Shown here: in pieces, positions 1 to 14,951 of the stretch
Numbering within the stretch: position 1 is the first letter of the stretch
How the letters are laid out: each line of letters begins with the position of its first letter
NCBI GenBank assembly: GCA_976226885.1
Contig: OZ320316.1
Location: 82,956,001-83,020,000 of the forward strand
From: Iphione sp. A-MEVVRFRX5
Lineage: Eukaryota
DNA: 64,000 bases
Direction of reading: 5' to 3'
The notes under the pieces: generated by a model
Seen by the model: only the letters and a program-made list of their open reading frames with translations
Databases searched by the model: none
What the model was told of the DNA's origin: nothing
Program-made: the position numbers and the translations under genes

Positions 1-3000
1 AGTCCCAATTTTCATGGTGACATGGCCATGTTTCTGCTGTGTTTTCGTGAGAAGTATATGAAAAGTAGGATTGTTTAGGTATGTTTCCTGCAAAAAAACA
101 CGGTATTTCCTTACATTTCCCTATATTACACCACTTTTCCTCACTAGTGTGTACCAGTTGTGCTTTTTTCCCCGTAAGCATTACAAGAATTTTGTGTTTT
201 TTGGCCGATTTTGCATGCCCAACAATGCATAGCATGCCTCCTGAAAACACACAGGAATTTTAGCCTTATCTGTGAAAAGTCCTTTGTTCTTTCAAGCATA
301 AACTATTTATATTAACATTTCAAAGATGCCTATAGTATGCATTATATTTCGCCATCTGTACATGAAAGCCTATCGTCTGTAATTTGCGCATTTCGTCTGT
401 ATCCTGTAGCTTGCAAAATTAAGAAATTCAGAAAGGTGTAGGCAGTCAAACGGACTAGTGAAAGGATTTTTGTATCTTACGTTTTTGTAATGCTTCAAGT
501 GGAAATTATCTTTGCCTGCAAGATACATGGGATGCGAAACAAACCGAACAATGTAGGGAGTTCTTCGGGATATGTAACAGCGGCGACACAAATGGTTAAT
601 CCAAAGACAATCACACAAGAATACTACACGTCCATTTGATGAATTAGCGGAGGATAATTTTTCACTCTTAAACACTGCGCGTACTAACGTTATGATTCCC
701 TGAAAACTTTATTACATCATATCTTCGGATCATACATGTATACACTTCCTTCGATGATAAATACGGGATACTGTATTGTGTATCATAAGATTAATATCAT
801 TATTGTACATAAAAGGATACTTATATGATAACTGACCCAAAATCAATACGACTATTAGCATTTACCTGATTAATCATCTAAAGGTATAGACAGAGTAAGC
901 TAACTGTACAGTGGTGCAATTACTAAGGCGCTATAGCAACAGTCCACCATTAACGAATTACCTCCGCCAAGGCCGCAATTCATATCCATAACTCATTATT
1001 TATACCCAGGACATTTGGTCCCTGGGATGCTGTTTATTCTGCTGCAGTAACAATTCATTCAATCATCGGAAACCACTGTCGAATGCAACACTTTTTCGCT
1101 GCAAGCTCGTTCCGTTGTTATCGATAAATATTACGCTTAATTTAGCATTGAAGAAGCAGCCCGCTGATGAGGGAGCCTTTATCAAATATGAATGGTAAAT
1201 AAAGTCTTCCCTGACAAGAATGGATTGGGTTCAGCCTCGTTCTAGTCGGATAGCTGAAACTATGTATGAGAGTATAAAGTAGTCGTTTAATCAATGGTTA
1301 GACCTTATGCTGTGCCGTTATTATTCTAGCACACGGATATCTTCAGCATGACGACATGGAACGAATAGTAATAGAAGGACCACTATACATCGTTGTATTA
1401 AGTTGTGCATTACCAACGATCACAGGGCACCCTTTCTTTGATTGCATGAATGATTACTCGCACTGTACTCTAAACAAGCCCTGCCCTTAACAAGTCATGC
1501 CATGGGAGAGACATATCAATACAACGTTACATCATTATAAAGTCATATGAAAGTCTCCACTCTCATAGCCAGTTTGCACCAAGAGAAAGTGAGATTGTGT
1601 GTCATAGTATGCGATTCCGTGGCTATAAGCGTGTGTATGTATGAGTGTATGCATTAACGTTTATCACTATGTGTATCAGTTTGTGTGAGTATCTATTTAT
1701 GGCGGATGCACCATGTGTCGCGCCCGCTCAATATACCCTGATGAGCATGACTGGTTGTATAGGAACGTACAACTGCCTTGTGTAGGTGCGTGCAACTGAG
1801 GTGTATACGTCAGTATAACTATTGGCTTTACGAGCTCTTCCACCAGTCTCCCATCCACAGACCCCCCACCCAACACACACACACACTTTGTTATACATAC
1901 CAGGAATAGTGAAAGTGACTGAGGAAAACTGATGGACGTGTTATGTTTGAGGGTCTGTTAGTAAGCAGCTCCTCTGGGTAAGGCACCAAGGGGCTAGGGG
2001 GTAAATTGGGGAAGGGCTAGTGGGTTGGGCGCGAGTAAGGGACAGGTTGTAAGGGTTTAAGTCCACCGGGATAATCATAGTGGTCAGTTAACTTGGTTCA
2101 AATTAGTTCTTGAAAGATTTGTCATTATAGAACATGACTATGGTGCAAAGCATCTTGTTCCCTAGGGTAGGAAGTTTCTCTTAGTTTTTAATGATAATGT
2201 AGTCCATAACTCGTTAAAGCTGCAGGCAGGCTTATTACTATGCATATACACTGTATGAAGGCTTTTGAATTTGGCGGCGTATCAATTAGGCTGAAAATAT
2301 TTTCGAAGTGATAGAGAAATAAGTGTACGGCTGAAAGGTGAGTTGAAAATAGTGCGTCCAAGATCAAGGTCCACGGTTTACATTTTGTATGATCTTAAAT
2401 TGGAAAGCATGAGAAGATTCTCTGTAAAGGATGTAGCACGCCCTCTTTTACACAGCCACCTTATTCTTATCAGGGCTAAAGCGAATCATATCATAGTCAT
2501 ACATCCTGTTTTCATTCATGCGCTGAATTATGTTGTTGAGCAACAAACTTTCTTCGAAGTCTTGCGAGTAGAGTTCCTACCGTTACTATTTTTGCGAGAA
2601 ATTTGCTTGATAATAGACAGACATAGACGTAATGAACTGTTAGGCACAGGAATAGTTGAAAATCAGAGAGGTCGAGTAGTTTGCTCTTCTCCAAGAACAA
2701 CAGAAGAGCTACTCAGGTCCATCCTCCCTCGAGCGGTTGTCTGACTGGAAACAGACGGTTTAACCGTCAAGGTTTGGCAGGCGGACATGATCGCTTATCT
2801 GGCAGTTAATCTGGTAATGTCCTTCGTGGAGACTATCCGCATGGATGATTGACAGCCAGCCAACCACTGGAGGTGGACCATGAGCCTGGCGTAGTGGCAA
2901 ACCCCAACATTGGGCGCTACCATGGCCAGCATCCACACTCCCTTCCCCAGCGCAACTGCTGGCATAAAGAGAAGCACCAGCACTAGCCAGCCACCACTAT

Positions 3001-6000
3001 CCAAGCACCACCTCAGCCGCTGGCACTACCAAACTACTCTCTTAGCTCTAAATGGCAGGGGTCCTTGGAAATGTTTTGCACTGATTGAATTATTGGCAAT
3101 CCTTACTTCGTGGTAAGACATCGGTATCCGCAATGGGCGGATTGTTATCAGACTTAAGCATCCTATAATAATTATTTTATATATTTGCATGTTATAGACG
3201 TAAATACGATAGGATTACAATACTCCCTATTTCATGATTACGCAGGCCTGATTGAGAGACATGCAGAAAGGCCATAATTCAGTTTACGCCTTCAAATTAG
3301 GTAACTAGGACTTCCTTATTTTGGCGCTGTGATGAAATACTATCAGTCCGTTTTACTTTTCTACAACGAAACTCTGCATGCTACCAGGGGAATACGATGC
3401 TACAGTCGACCTTTCGGCAATTGATCCTATCGGGGCATCCGCGGGCAGGAGCAAAATGCTATGGATTCTTTTACCAATCAGTCTTTGGGTGCGCCTCAAG
3501 CGGCTGTGTAGTGAACTGCAAGCATCTAAACGTTAATGACCTTTTGTAGGCGGGGTTGCTTGCTCTGACGCCATGAGCCGAAAAAAGGCGAGGAGAGAAT
3601 ATAATGGGGGGATAGGATAAAGGAGAGGGGAAACTAGTTGAAAAAAAGAAAACATCAGACGATTCGCACTAAGAGCGAAGGTTGAAGCGAACAAATAAGA
3701 CACTGTTCTAAAAAGACCATAAAAGGCAAAATCCAACGTGAGAGGTTGATACAATAGGAGGTAGAAATCAGTATCTAATATCAGTAGCAAGAGGCTCCCT
3801 GAAGTGCCTGCACCTAGGAGGATTGATCTTCCTGACGCCATTTGATAGGGACACTCGTTGAGATGTAAACGGAGAAATTTGGACGCAGTCGGGTTCTGAT
3901 TTGTTTTCGCGTAAGAATAAAAATCATTCGATGTTCCCTGAAGAAGGACAGTACAACATATATTTACTCTATCATACGACTGCGTGTTGAACTAACATTT
4001 GCTTAACGTTTCAATGGCCAGCCGTTTTTCTTTTGTAAATGCAAGATTAGCTCAGTGAGATCCTCTCCAATCCATCTGCTAACAGATAGGAACCAAACCG
4101 GGATCCAACTTTACAGAAATGTTAGAATCCCATTCGAAACCTTACGTGGGTTGGAGGCAAAGTGAAACAAGCGCTCGGGCGGGCCAACACTGGCAAAGCA
4201 GATTCAAAGTGAAATTAACCCTGATCCTTGTCAGTCTGGTAGCTCGTCAGCTCCCTAAACATCATTACTACTGGTGAAGTGATTCCCAACACGTGGGTGG
4301 GCACAGATGTAACGAGGCTCTATTCAGAACCCGTCGCCCGCGGCCACCGTACCCAAGTGAAGTTGCCTACAGTGGTGAGTGGGTGTAGGCAATTTTTAGC
4401 GATCTGTAGCAGGCACCATCAAACTGTGAATTGATACCAGGATGTTTTATGCTTATGGTCCTCTCTAGAGGAGCACGTCGCATTTTGATTTATCGTGATG
4501 GAAATCTAGGATAGATATCACCATGTGAAGCCAACGCATATAATATGGAATAAGATCTATTCTAGACAGTCATTGTCTGCTGTATGCCTATAACACTGGC
4601 AAGGACAAGAGCTGTCATTAATATTTATGGGGCGAAAACTGACACTCCTGCGTCGCAGTAAAAGTGTTCAGACGAGCTACCGTGGTACCGTAACTGCAAA
4701 GTATATATATGTTGATTACTATATCGGTATCAAAAGGTTTCTTATGCTGGAATAACACTGACGTTGTGGCATTCAAATGTAGGCCTCTCTCAGGCGACGA
4801 TCAGAAAAACTGCTTGATCACCATGCAATGCATCCCCCGCCCCCCTCCGAGTACCATGATACGATGAGTGACGGCCGAATGGGGTGGTCTATATTGGCGT
4901 TGGACTATCATTCTCGCACTGCTTGGCCCATCTACCTTTGTGCTGACGACTAGGGAATAGATATAACTCGAATAATGACTTCCAGCCAAATAGATAGTGA
5001 CGTTGACATGGAGGTCATGTAATGAACGTATTATTGAGGAGTAACCATTTTGTATTTCAGGTTACTGATTAATATTAGTTCTGCTGTTGCTATAGTGAAC
5101 AATGTTTAGAATGACATTTGCTCAGCAAAAATGAATAAAAAAATTGCAGACACATTATATTGATACGATTTTTTCGTTTGAGATGTAGCGTGCCGAACCT
5201 AATGCGTGTAGTTCAGGTTAGTCAGCCTTGCAAATGACCTTCGGAGGCGTTAGAGCGCGCCGAGCTTGGCCAGCTTGCCGCAGCTCTATCCACTGCACTG
5301 ACAGCATGAGCGCTGCCTGCTTCGTCGAGAATAAGTAAATCAGTTGCGAAGCGCCCGCCGTTTGAATTAGGATGAGAGAGTATACCACATATAGCAACGT
5401 GCTCTCTGCTGCTTTCTCATTGCCCCGTCGCAGACTCTTTTCTCTTCTATCCAACTCTTAGACGTTTTTGCGACTTGCTGCCTTGCTACGTGCGCTATAC
5501 CACTAAGCAGAATTCATCCATGCCAGACGGCATCCTGGTGACCATCCTGAAGAACGCAAAGCCGCGTTAGATGCTGTGCCGACAAATGTTCTGTATTATT
5601 GAATAAAAGCTTAGCGCTTCTTAGAGTGGACACTGTGGCTGGTCAATAAACCCGATCAACGCATCAGTCATCCTCGGGCAATTTAAAGAGGAGGTGGGGG
5701 GGTTAGTAGTATGCACACTGCCTCAAGCCCAGTGAAGTATGTTACCACCATCCTCACCATCAAGACCGCTCAGTAAGCAGTCGAAGCAGAGACGACGGGG
5801 AAGGCTGGCAGGAGGCCATTGAGTTTCTTACTGACATAGCCGGTCATCCCATGTGGGCTGGTCACGACAGGTTTCATGAAATGCCGCGGATAGAGCTCAG
5901 GCCTAGTTAGGTAGGGGTCATGGAGGGGAGGGCCGTTCGGTGTGCGAGCAGGACGAAGGTAGATGTCATGCCGGCTGGAGGAATCCAGATTCATGGATTG

Positions 6001-9000
6001 TGGACGTGATCAATAGGACGAGCTCGACCAGCGCCAGCAGGGACCGCCTTGCTCGACAGTTGGGGCACGGTAGGAATTTGACGGTCGATGCAAAGATATC
6101 TGCGAGGCAGCGGGAGAGAAAGCCATCTTTTAACTCTGACCTGTGTCCGGCTTTTATTGCAAGATGACATTACATTGTTTACCATTTATGACAGACTTTT
6201 CAGATGATGGTGAAAGATATTACATTGGAACAGTTATACTAAGGCACGTCAACTCCGATTCTGAAGTCTGAGCACAATCCATTGATATTGCCCGTTTAAT
6301 ATCCTATGAAATCATCAATGCAGTAGCGGGGTGGGTCATGTCATGGCAATATCGGCAAAGCAATATGCACTGGTAAGCCAATAGAAGAATGCTATTCGTC
6401 GATAAGGAGAGTGACATGAATTATTAGTTTTCTTTCCTTGTCCATTCCTAATTAAAAGGTAAACGTCGGTAAGTTTTTGAAACATTCATCTGTTCTTTCG
6501 AGGTCTACATATTTTGCATGAATAAAATTCACCATTGGGCATTGCGGTCTCTTACCGTAAATCTGAAATGAATCAATACCCTGTTTAGGTATGGCAGTCA
6601 GCCAAAGAAAACTAACGAATGAATGAGACATTTCTGGTCATTATCTCAATACCAAACTTATACACGACGGTCATTTTTTCTGGCAGGGCTCTGTTGTTTA
6701 CTTTGACTACAGTAAAAAAACGCTGCTTGCTTTACTTTAACAAATCGGAAGCCATACTAAACAATTCGCCTAATTGGACGAAAAGAAAGTAGACTGAAAA
6801 GAGTTGCTACCGTGGCCACCCATCCTGCTGAGCAACTGGGAATGAGGTGACATTTTCATAGAAAACAACCATAGGTCTAATGACTTTGTCTTTTTTGTGG
6901 AGGTTCTTACTCAAATCAGAAACCTCAGAAGGCAGCAAAAAGGAATAGTCTAAAAGGAATGGAAACGGGTGGTATGTAAATCACTTACGAGGTTTTGTTT
7001 TTATGCTCTTGGTGTAATTACGTAGGTATGCTATTTGATACAACTCATTTACTAAGGAATATATCTAAAAATATGTCACAAATATCTGAACCTATAATAC
7101 TCTTGGTCTTTGTCAGCTACAGTATTTTGAGAGAGACTCTGTAGGAACGGTAGTCTGAGCGAAATACCCGAATAATCCCCTCATTAGACGTACCACATGC
7201 AGTGTGCTTGTGAATACCTGACTAGCTGACCTTTGCGGGAGGCCCATTCTGCAGGAAGAAATTTCTTTCGCTTGTTACGATGTTTATTTAATGTTTAAGC
7301 AGGCATGCGAGACAAGACGTCACCGTGAAATAGGCACATTCGCATAAGGCAACCTCATTACGTTGAGAATATTCAAGCGTGACTAAGCCCTTGATTTAAG
7401 CAAGGGGTAAACAAACAAGCGGACGAAGCAAACAATAAGGCCCAGGACAGTGCGCAAGGACAGATTCCATGTGTGGACAGTAGAACCCCGACAATATGTA
7501 ACGAGAATAATTAGTTCCGAAGCAAGTACATACAGGACATTACTGTTTTAAATATGTAGTCGAATTTACTTGTGAGAAAATATTAGAAAATGGCATAAAG
7601 TGCATTGAGAGCGTTTTTACTTCGACAACAGCGCAAGATCTGCTCCGGACATTCTGCTCTTGCACACTGACCAAATGGACGGGCGATTTGAAGGACACCA
7701 CCACCTCTTCTCCCGTCTTCGTTCCGCCCACTATTCCACAGACTCCACATCCCCTTTGTGGGATCTTGTGGGGGGGGCGTAAGAGCACTCCTCGATGGCA
7801 ATCAGCCAACTCTTCCCGGGCCGAGTGGAGCAGTCTCACAACAAATTGACATCGGGTGCAGGTCTGAGCCCGCAACCGAATGGCATACAAGAGATGTGGG
7901 TGGTTGTGGAGGAAAGATAGGACTTGTCTCAACGTGGTATGTCACCATAGTCGATGAGGCGACGAGGAGGCGAGAACCATCACGAAATGAAACATTCCGG
8001 AATCACTACCGGACAACCCCGAGTTAATTGAGAAGCGTAATACATGTAAATGTAGCATATTTCAAACCTGGTATATGCGTGGACAGACTCGAACGCTGAA
8101 AATCCAAGTTTATAGTTGTAAAAAAGGGAAACTCGTGGCAGCCTTTCTTGCCAAACGAGGTGGGATATAGCGTACTGTCAAAACCTTTCGGTACACGGCG
8201 TGGCATAGATTGGAACGATTGGATACGAGGGCAGAATGGCAAATAGCTTGTAGAAACATTGTGTGACCAAGGTAAACCTACGGCTTTGTCAATGAGGACA
8301 CCTAGAAGCCTTGGTCGGAAGCAAATCTGGTAGTCTCTACCATAGAGGTCAGATCCTGCTCTAACCAACAGCAACGTCAGTGTCTTCCCGGATCCTACTC
8401 GGGACTGCCAGTTATTCGCTCCTAGTGTTAGGCACTCGTTTAGAAAATTAAAAGACGGAGGGAAATGAATGATTGTCACGCTCCACTCCTGTATCTGAAC
8501 CACTCGTATTAAGTTCATTCTGTACATTGATGGGAAGTGACCAAAACGTATCTTTCGATATTTTGATATGAATCCCAACTGCTGGTACTCTGTGTTTCCC
8601 AATCAGTACATAAAGAACTGAAGAGAAAGCGCCTACTGTATCAAAAGCACAGCTACGACGAAAATGCAGTGCAAATTTCCAATGTTCCGTTTTGATGTAA
8701 CACTTGGCCTTCATTTTGTTGCTGTCATCAGTTAACTAAGTAGATCCATGGTACTGGAAAGAACAGGAAAGGATGCTAACAGTTCTTGTGGGTCTAGTTA
8801 TTTGTTGATTACATTTTGTTATCTCATCCCCAAGATCGATAGGTCTTTCCGGTTCTGAGATAATGACCATGGACTATTACTGACATGCCTTGGTCGATCT
8901 CTTCAGATAACTCTTTTGCCAGGGAGGGTTTGTCGAATAAGGTAGAGAGTGAGAAGTCCATGATCACCTTCGGTGATTGGTCGTGCCTGATTGATAGTGG

Positions 9001-12000
9001 ATATCGATCAAGGGAAGGGTCAGTATCACCAGGGCCTTTTTCGTCATGGCTCCAGGGGCCACCTTCGCGCTTACATAACGACCGCAAGTTAGCCGCGTCT
9101 TCCAATAGGTGGGTAATGATGACCATTGGAGGCCTGTACAGCTGGCTCATATATTCACGAGCAGTTTGGGATTTGCTCCGATCGATCGCCAATGACCTTC
9201 GGCTGGCCGCTGGCAGGGTAAGTACCATGCGAAGGACATCCTAACAAGTAACTTCTAGAGTAAAACTATACATAGGGAACTATAAGAACAAGAAGATGTC
9301 AAGGGAATCCAGAAAGATAGAGGGCAAAAAGAGAATATGAAAACCACTATGGTGTCTTAATTCACAGATGATTAGTAAGCATTGACTGGATGGCTCAACG
9401 AGAGAGAGAGCGATTAAAAATACCCAGGCCTTAAATCTGATTCGTTTCACTAGCGGTCGGTTTGTATTTGACATTCACGCGCCCTTGTCATCAGACACTA
9501 GCCTGCCATTTAAAGGTTGGAGCCGCTGAGTCGCCAGCACGAAAAGGCCACTTTCTTGGCAATAGGTGATGACTGGGATTCGGTTAAAGGCTATTCAAAG
9601 AATGCATATTCGATGAATGAAAGTGGAAGCAACGACTACTAGGAGTCTACTAAAATTGGACTATATAATTTTAGAAAATAGGCAAATTTTTGCGGGAACA
9701 AAGGTATCAGTAAGATGACTGTTTAGCTCCGTGTTGTCTCGTTGACTAGAAAGGTTAAACTCAACAATTGATAATGTACGTAAGCTTGTCCCTTTTTGAA
9801 GTGACCGCCTTAATGCTGTATCTATATGTTCTACGAACAAATGGAATTACACAATTCCTGTCAATGGCTATAAACACAATGATAATGATTATAACGATTT
9901 TAATAGTGATAAGATTTAATCCTTTCATCTTGACATGAACACATAAAAAGACTTTTAGCATTTCTGCATTTCCGATTTGGGGCTTATTTCTAGGACAATG
10001 CTTCATTTTAATACATTATAATGATGATTCATTCATATAATACTTCTACGCCACAAACCCAGGACTAGGCTGGAAGGGACGTTTTTCCATTTCATTCGTT
10101 ATAATTTACACTTTTATGATGTGCCAAATTTAGTGGACGTATACTGTTTAAATCCCTCCTCTTCAAAATGGGAACATGTACACTTTCAGTCTACTGGTGG
10201 TGCTAAGGGGATGAGACTCTATTGACAGACATTTACCACACGCAGATTCCGTGAGTCATTTTGGATGCTCATCTTGAGAGGAGGAAACATGGCTACAGGA
10301 GGGAGCGCCCACCCTTTACTTCAATACAAACAGTACAGCCCCCTCCGCTCTGAGATCACCCATACCACAGGCTGAAAACCGGCGCCAATTAGACAAGGTC
10401 TATAGGGAATAACGGGCGTACACCGCAGCCAAAAACACCCCAGAGACAAAGCAGGGAAGCCATGATCTTTTGAATCTTTAGACGACAAGCGAATGTGATA
10501 TTTTGTTTGTAATGAGGTTTGAGTGATGACTTGGACCCGGACCTTGCTGCAGAGTGAAAGAAGGAAAAAGTGTAAGTTATTTGATAATGATTACTAATAG
10601 AGTTGGCAGGCTGACAGGAAATGTAAATCTACGGCCTTCAAATGACCCTGCGTTGGTGACATGTATTCGTTACACGTGAAAGATAGCACTACTTTAAGAT
10701 GAAAAAATCCGCATTACTTTAGCTTTTCTCGTTGCAAACTTGCTTTCCTAGCGGTGAAAGAACCATGAAGGTCAAAAACCTCCCGAACAGTCCATTTTTT
10801 ATGTTCGCTACTGTTGTTTATCCTTCTCTACATCGCCAACGATATGATGTACCATCACTGCTTGTATATCAACGGGATGACGTCACGAATGAATGACGTC
10901 AGGGCTACACCCGTCTGACCCTTGAATAAGTAGAGGGCGATGGCGAACGGAAGGTCTATTGGGCAAACCCAAACATATCCTTTGGACGGGGATGGTGGCT
11001 TAGTTTGCCGATGGTGGCGAACCGCTTGCCAATAGCCATACGCCTAGCAGCTTCCAAGCCGCAACTTCGTGATCATAGAAACATTACATGACCTTTCCTC
11101 ACCTCGTCAGTGAAAATCCCTATTTGATGCAAATTCCGCAATGCTGGGAAAAGCATCTGTTAATATTCACAGCGGACAAGGGGGTACAGATGCACCTTAA
11201 AATTTGTGCACTTTTCACACGGAACTAAAAAACCTTCCAGCTATAGGTCGTCAAACATAATATGGGGCGCATCCCGGTACGTTTGCATTGCCATACATCG
11301 TATCGGATGTTATTGCTTTTGGCGTGAACTCCCTGCTGTGAGTTACAGCAATGTCAAATATTGGAACTACAATGCCCAGCCACCACTTCTGTCATAACAT
11401 TGTCCATATTAAGTCCCCTAGTAACTATTGGGTGTATCTGTGCACTGGCCAGACGCCTCATCCACCCTCACTAGAGGCGTCATAACCCATTATCTAAGGG
11501 CTTTTATGATTTAACCTCCCTTTTCTCGTGAGCATAGATGATGCCTGCCTTAACTCTATTAGATGCTGAACGCACACTCACCCTGACGTTTTTGCATGCA
11601 TGGACAGAGCCCGTCAACAACATTGCACTCAATGACATCACCCTCCAATCTACCCAAATACTGTAATGCTTTATGTAGTCTTTTAATGAACTGGTAGAGA
11701 ATAATACTATCCTAGTAATATTTTTTCGATCGAAAACATTCTGCAATTTCACCTTGGAAACAGTGTGCCGGTTATGAGGTAAGGATTTTATTCTCATTGG
11801 AATAAAGGCTTAAATCGATATGAATCCCTTAGATTCGGTGGTTTTGTGTGACCCACCTAATTTACATTGACAATTCACAGTGCCTCGCTGTACCTCTGTG
11901 CGTATATATATTCACCGTACGTGCTCATCACGTGAAAACCTCCAAACGCTGCAGCTTATTGGCTGTCTTGGCGATTTACTCACGTCATCTGCACCTGCTC

Positions 12001-13648
12001 AGCACCAGGTATCACAACGTCATTTTCTCCTGACCCCCTGACCCACGATGAAAACCACCTGGATGGTGCTTTGGTGGCTGTTATTCGACAGTATCCTTTA
12101 CCAGGCATTTAATTTAAAAATCTAGGTCATGTTGTGACATTCTTATATGCGGCAAAACCCGCAAAAATGTAGTCAACATGGTGATACCATGATGCACTAC
12201 CGGCGTGAAGAGAGTTATGTACGCACCAAGTAGTGACAGACCACAATAATTTGGAATTCAATATTAAAAATAGGGCAGTGAATTTTCCACGAGAAACAAT
12301 TGTTTCCATGAAAAATGATGTTCAAATTGCAATTATCTCTCACAATTCATTCTACAAAGCATCGGCCATACTGGCCAAACAACTTCTGTGGAACTGCAAA
12401 GGAGATTTTAGGTCGACGTTTTAAATTTCTTGTAAGGTAGTAGCACTGCTGGAATCGAAGGCATTTCCATTTGCCCAAATTTGTATTTTCACCACCACAG
12501 TTTCTGAGACATCAAGTAACCGCATCACAGCAGGTCCGTGCATGTAATAAATTCTTCAGTCGCCAACATTCCTGCAATCGGACCAAGGGCTGTCTCCATA
12601 CGATGATGGGAAAAAGCTGGGAGAGGCAGATTGTTACTACAGTAGCTTATCGTGATGACCGAAATAGTACTTTGCACCGGCAGACGCCCGCCGGGCTGCT
12701 GATGCTCAGACATTGGCCTTAATCCCACTGCCTTGACCTATACCTCAGATAGGCCGTGCCATGGCCACCTCGGGCCACCTCAAGCGGTTGTCATGACAAC
12801 CCCGAACTGAGATCCACAGATTCCGTGAACATAAACAGATGTCAGGAGATGGGTAACGATAGAGAAAGGTTCCTTGTGGAAGGGCGGCATGGTGATAGGG
12901 AGAAAGAGGTTAAAAGTAAATAGCCTAAGCTGTACCGGTTAAAAATGTAACAGTTTCAGAGTACCGCGTACCTACAATCTCCCTCACACGATGTCTTTTT
13001 TATATTTTCGTCTACACTACCCTTTCCTTCCTCTGCGGTTTTATGTTTAGGCCTTTGTCACTTGGATACAAGCCGTAAATCTCAGGATCTAAACAGACAG
13101 CTGACAGGATATGGGTAAAACTACAGCCATTTATCAGGTTATATGTTGTCCACACGAAGAAAATCCTAGACCAAGGCTAGTGCAATAACACCCTTATATT
13201 CTCCTTCAGGTCATAAAGTATTGTGAGTAAAACGAGCAGTTCTGATCTAAATCCTCTATTTTTGTCACCAAGGACTACGAAATCCTTTTCCACATAGGAA
13301 GAAAATCGCCTCAATAATATCATGCATATCTCAGCAAGTGATGATTTTCTGTTACTGATGTCAGCGTTGTTGGCGTTATACAGCTCTAAAACCTGAAGAA
13401 AAGACTTGAGAAAATGAAATGCTAAATGGCTTGAGCAGTTACTATGCCTCTGGAAAGCCTACGGAATAGATTTGACATGATATAAACATCACTTTATTAG
13501 TTACGACGAGAGACCATTTCGGAAAGGTCTTCCTATTACTAACGCGGACATGAGAAATCAAACAAAGTAGACTAATTGTACAGAATACGCATTTTCCAGT
13601 TAGGAGAAACCAGCGTATTGCTTAAAATATGTTGTCTGACAGAACTTG

Positions 13649-13704
13649 ATGCTTTATAATCCTCCATTTGAATGTCATGCTTTATAATCCTCCATTTGAT
13701 TGTC
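13649..13704. repeat. 28-bp tandem duplication
   Basis: atgctttataatcctccatttga(a/t)tgtc twice, one mismatch. Confidence 0.9.
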
Positions 13705-14009
13705 AAGGGTGATATTAAGAGAGATCCTGCAGGCAACAGCTGGTGTATTGAAAACCCTCCTTTGATACAATCCTCTCCTCAATATTTTTAATCCCTTGGA
13801 AAAGTATACATGACTGATCACCCCTGGAAACCAAATTCTCATTTCAACGTATTACCCGTCGCAACGGAATTCATTTTAGACGACTCTACTTGACAAACAA
13901 ACTTAATCATGTAACCATGTGCTTCAATTGCCTTTTTCTGGAGAGCTCCCTTATACTAGCTCATATACAGGTACATTTGCCGCCGTCATTTCTCATGGCA
14001 ACAGGGGAA

Positions 14010-14160
14010 GGTTTCAATATTTATGTTCAGCTATATTAACAACCTCTATAGCTGAACATCTCAATAGATACCAACTGCTTCACATATTCTCCTGACACTC
14101 TTCCCTATACAGTGTCCCGCTGATGGCATAAGACATATTTGATTTAATTTGATTTTATTG
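14010..14160. mobile_element. Highly eroded LINE relics
   Basis: Plus-strand FMFSYINNL and YSPDT loosely resemble the RT LFxxYINDL and YADDT motifs. The adjacent atttgatttaatttgattttattg is the reverse complement of a typical LINE tail (AATAAA plus TCAAA repeats). Confidence 0.3.
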
Positions 14161-14917
14161 AGCAAAGTACATGTATCACAAAAGGTGTCTCCCCCACCTG
14201 CCGCAACTATTATAGACAAATTCTTTAACAATTATGTGGACCAGATGCTAACACCCATACTTAGTTGAGGATATAATTTGTTTATATCCTGTAAGAAAAC
14301 CACTGGTAAATCTATTCAAAAACTTTATCTTAAATGTAACTATGGAATTACATGAACATATGACTTTATTGCCATCTGTGTACAACTGTCACCGATTCAA
14401 TATTTGACAAAAAATGTTAATTGAATGAAATTCCACCAATCAGTGATCGCTCGATAACATTTGACCGCTGATTGTATCCGATACAGATTTCGAATGAAAA
14501 ACAATGCATACGTTTATTTTTTTAGAATTCCCTTACTCTGTTTCTTAAATTCAGTGATGCTTTCTCAACACCAATCATTCGATTCCATTAGAAATGTTTC
14601 AAACTGTGTAATGTTTGTGGCAATGACCTACCCATACGGTGATATGATGAGAGTAATTTATTTTGATCAAAGAGAGATAAGGCAATAATATGTAACTGGC
14701 CCCGAGAGAGCTGCTGTAACTAGACATGTTTTGATGATACTGAATTAATTGCTGTTAGGTTATTTCCGGATATAACCCATAACATACTATTTACTGTTTT
14801 ACGTATACAGACTGTGTCTCTTTTATTCAGCTGGAATAACACCCCCGCAAAATGTCGGTCATGTTCTAATTAGATGAAGATGGAGACTTTTTGTTAAACA
14901 AGTGCCTTTGGTGCCTG

Positions 14918-14951
14918 CACACACACATACACATGTACACACATACACACA
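14918..14951. repeat. Imperfect (CA)n microsatellite
   Basis: cacacacacatacacatgtacacacatacacaca. Confidence 0.8.

Noticed and set aside
1-300. AT-rich repeat-like stretch with faint similarity to the 16.3-kb MITE core
   Set aside because: The similarity is limited to about 14 nt (gga(a/t)(t/a)tttagcctt) and the left end is cut by the window, so it cannot be classified.
10278-10375. Shine-Dalgarno-like GAGGAGG before a 28-aa ORF
   Set aside because: It is isolated, very short and has no prokaryotic gene context, so it is expected by chance.
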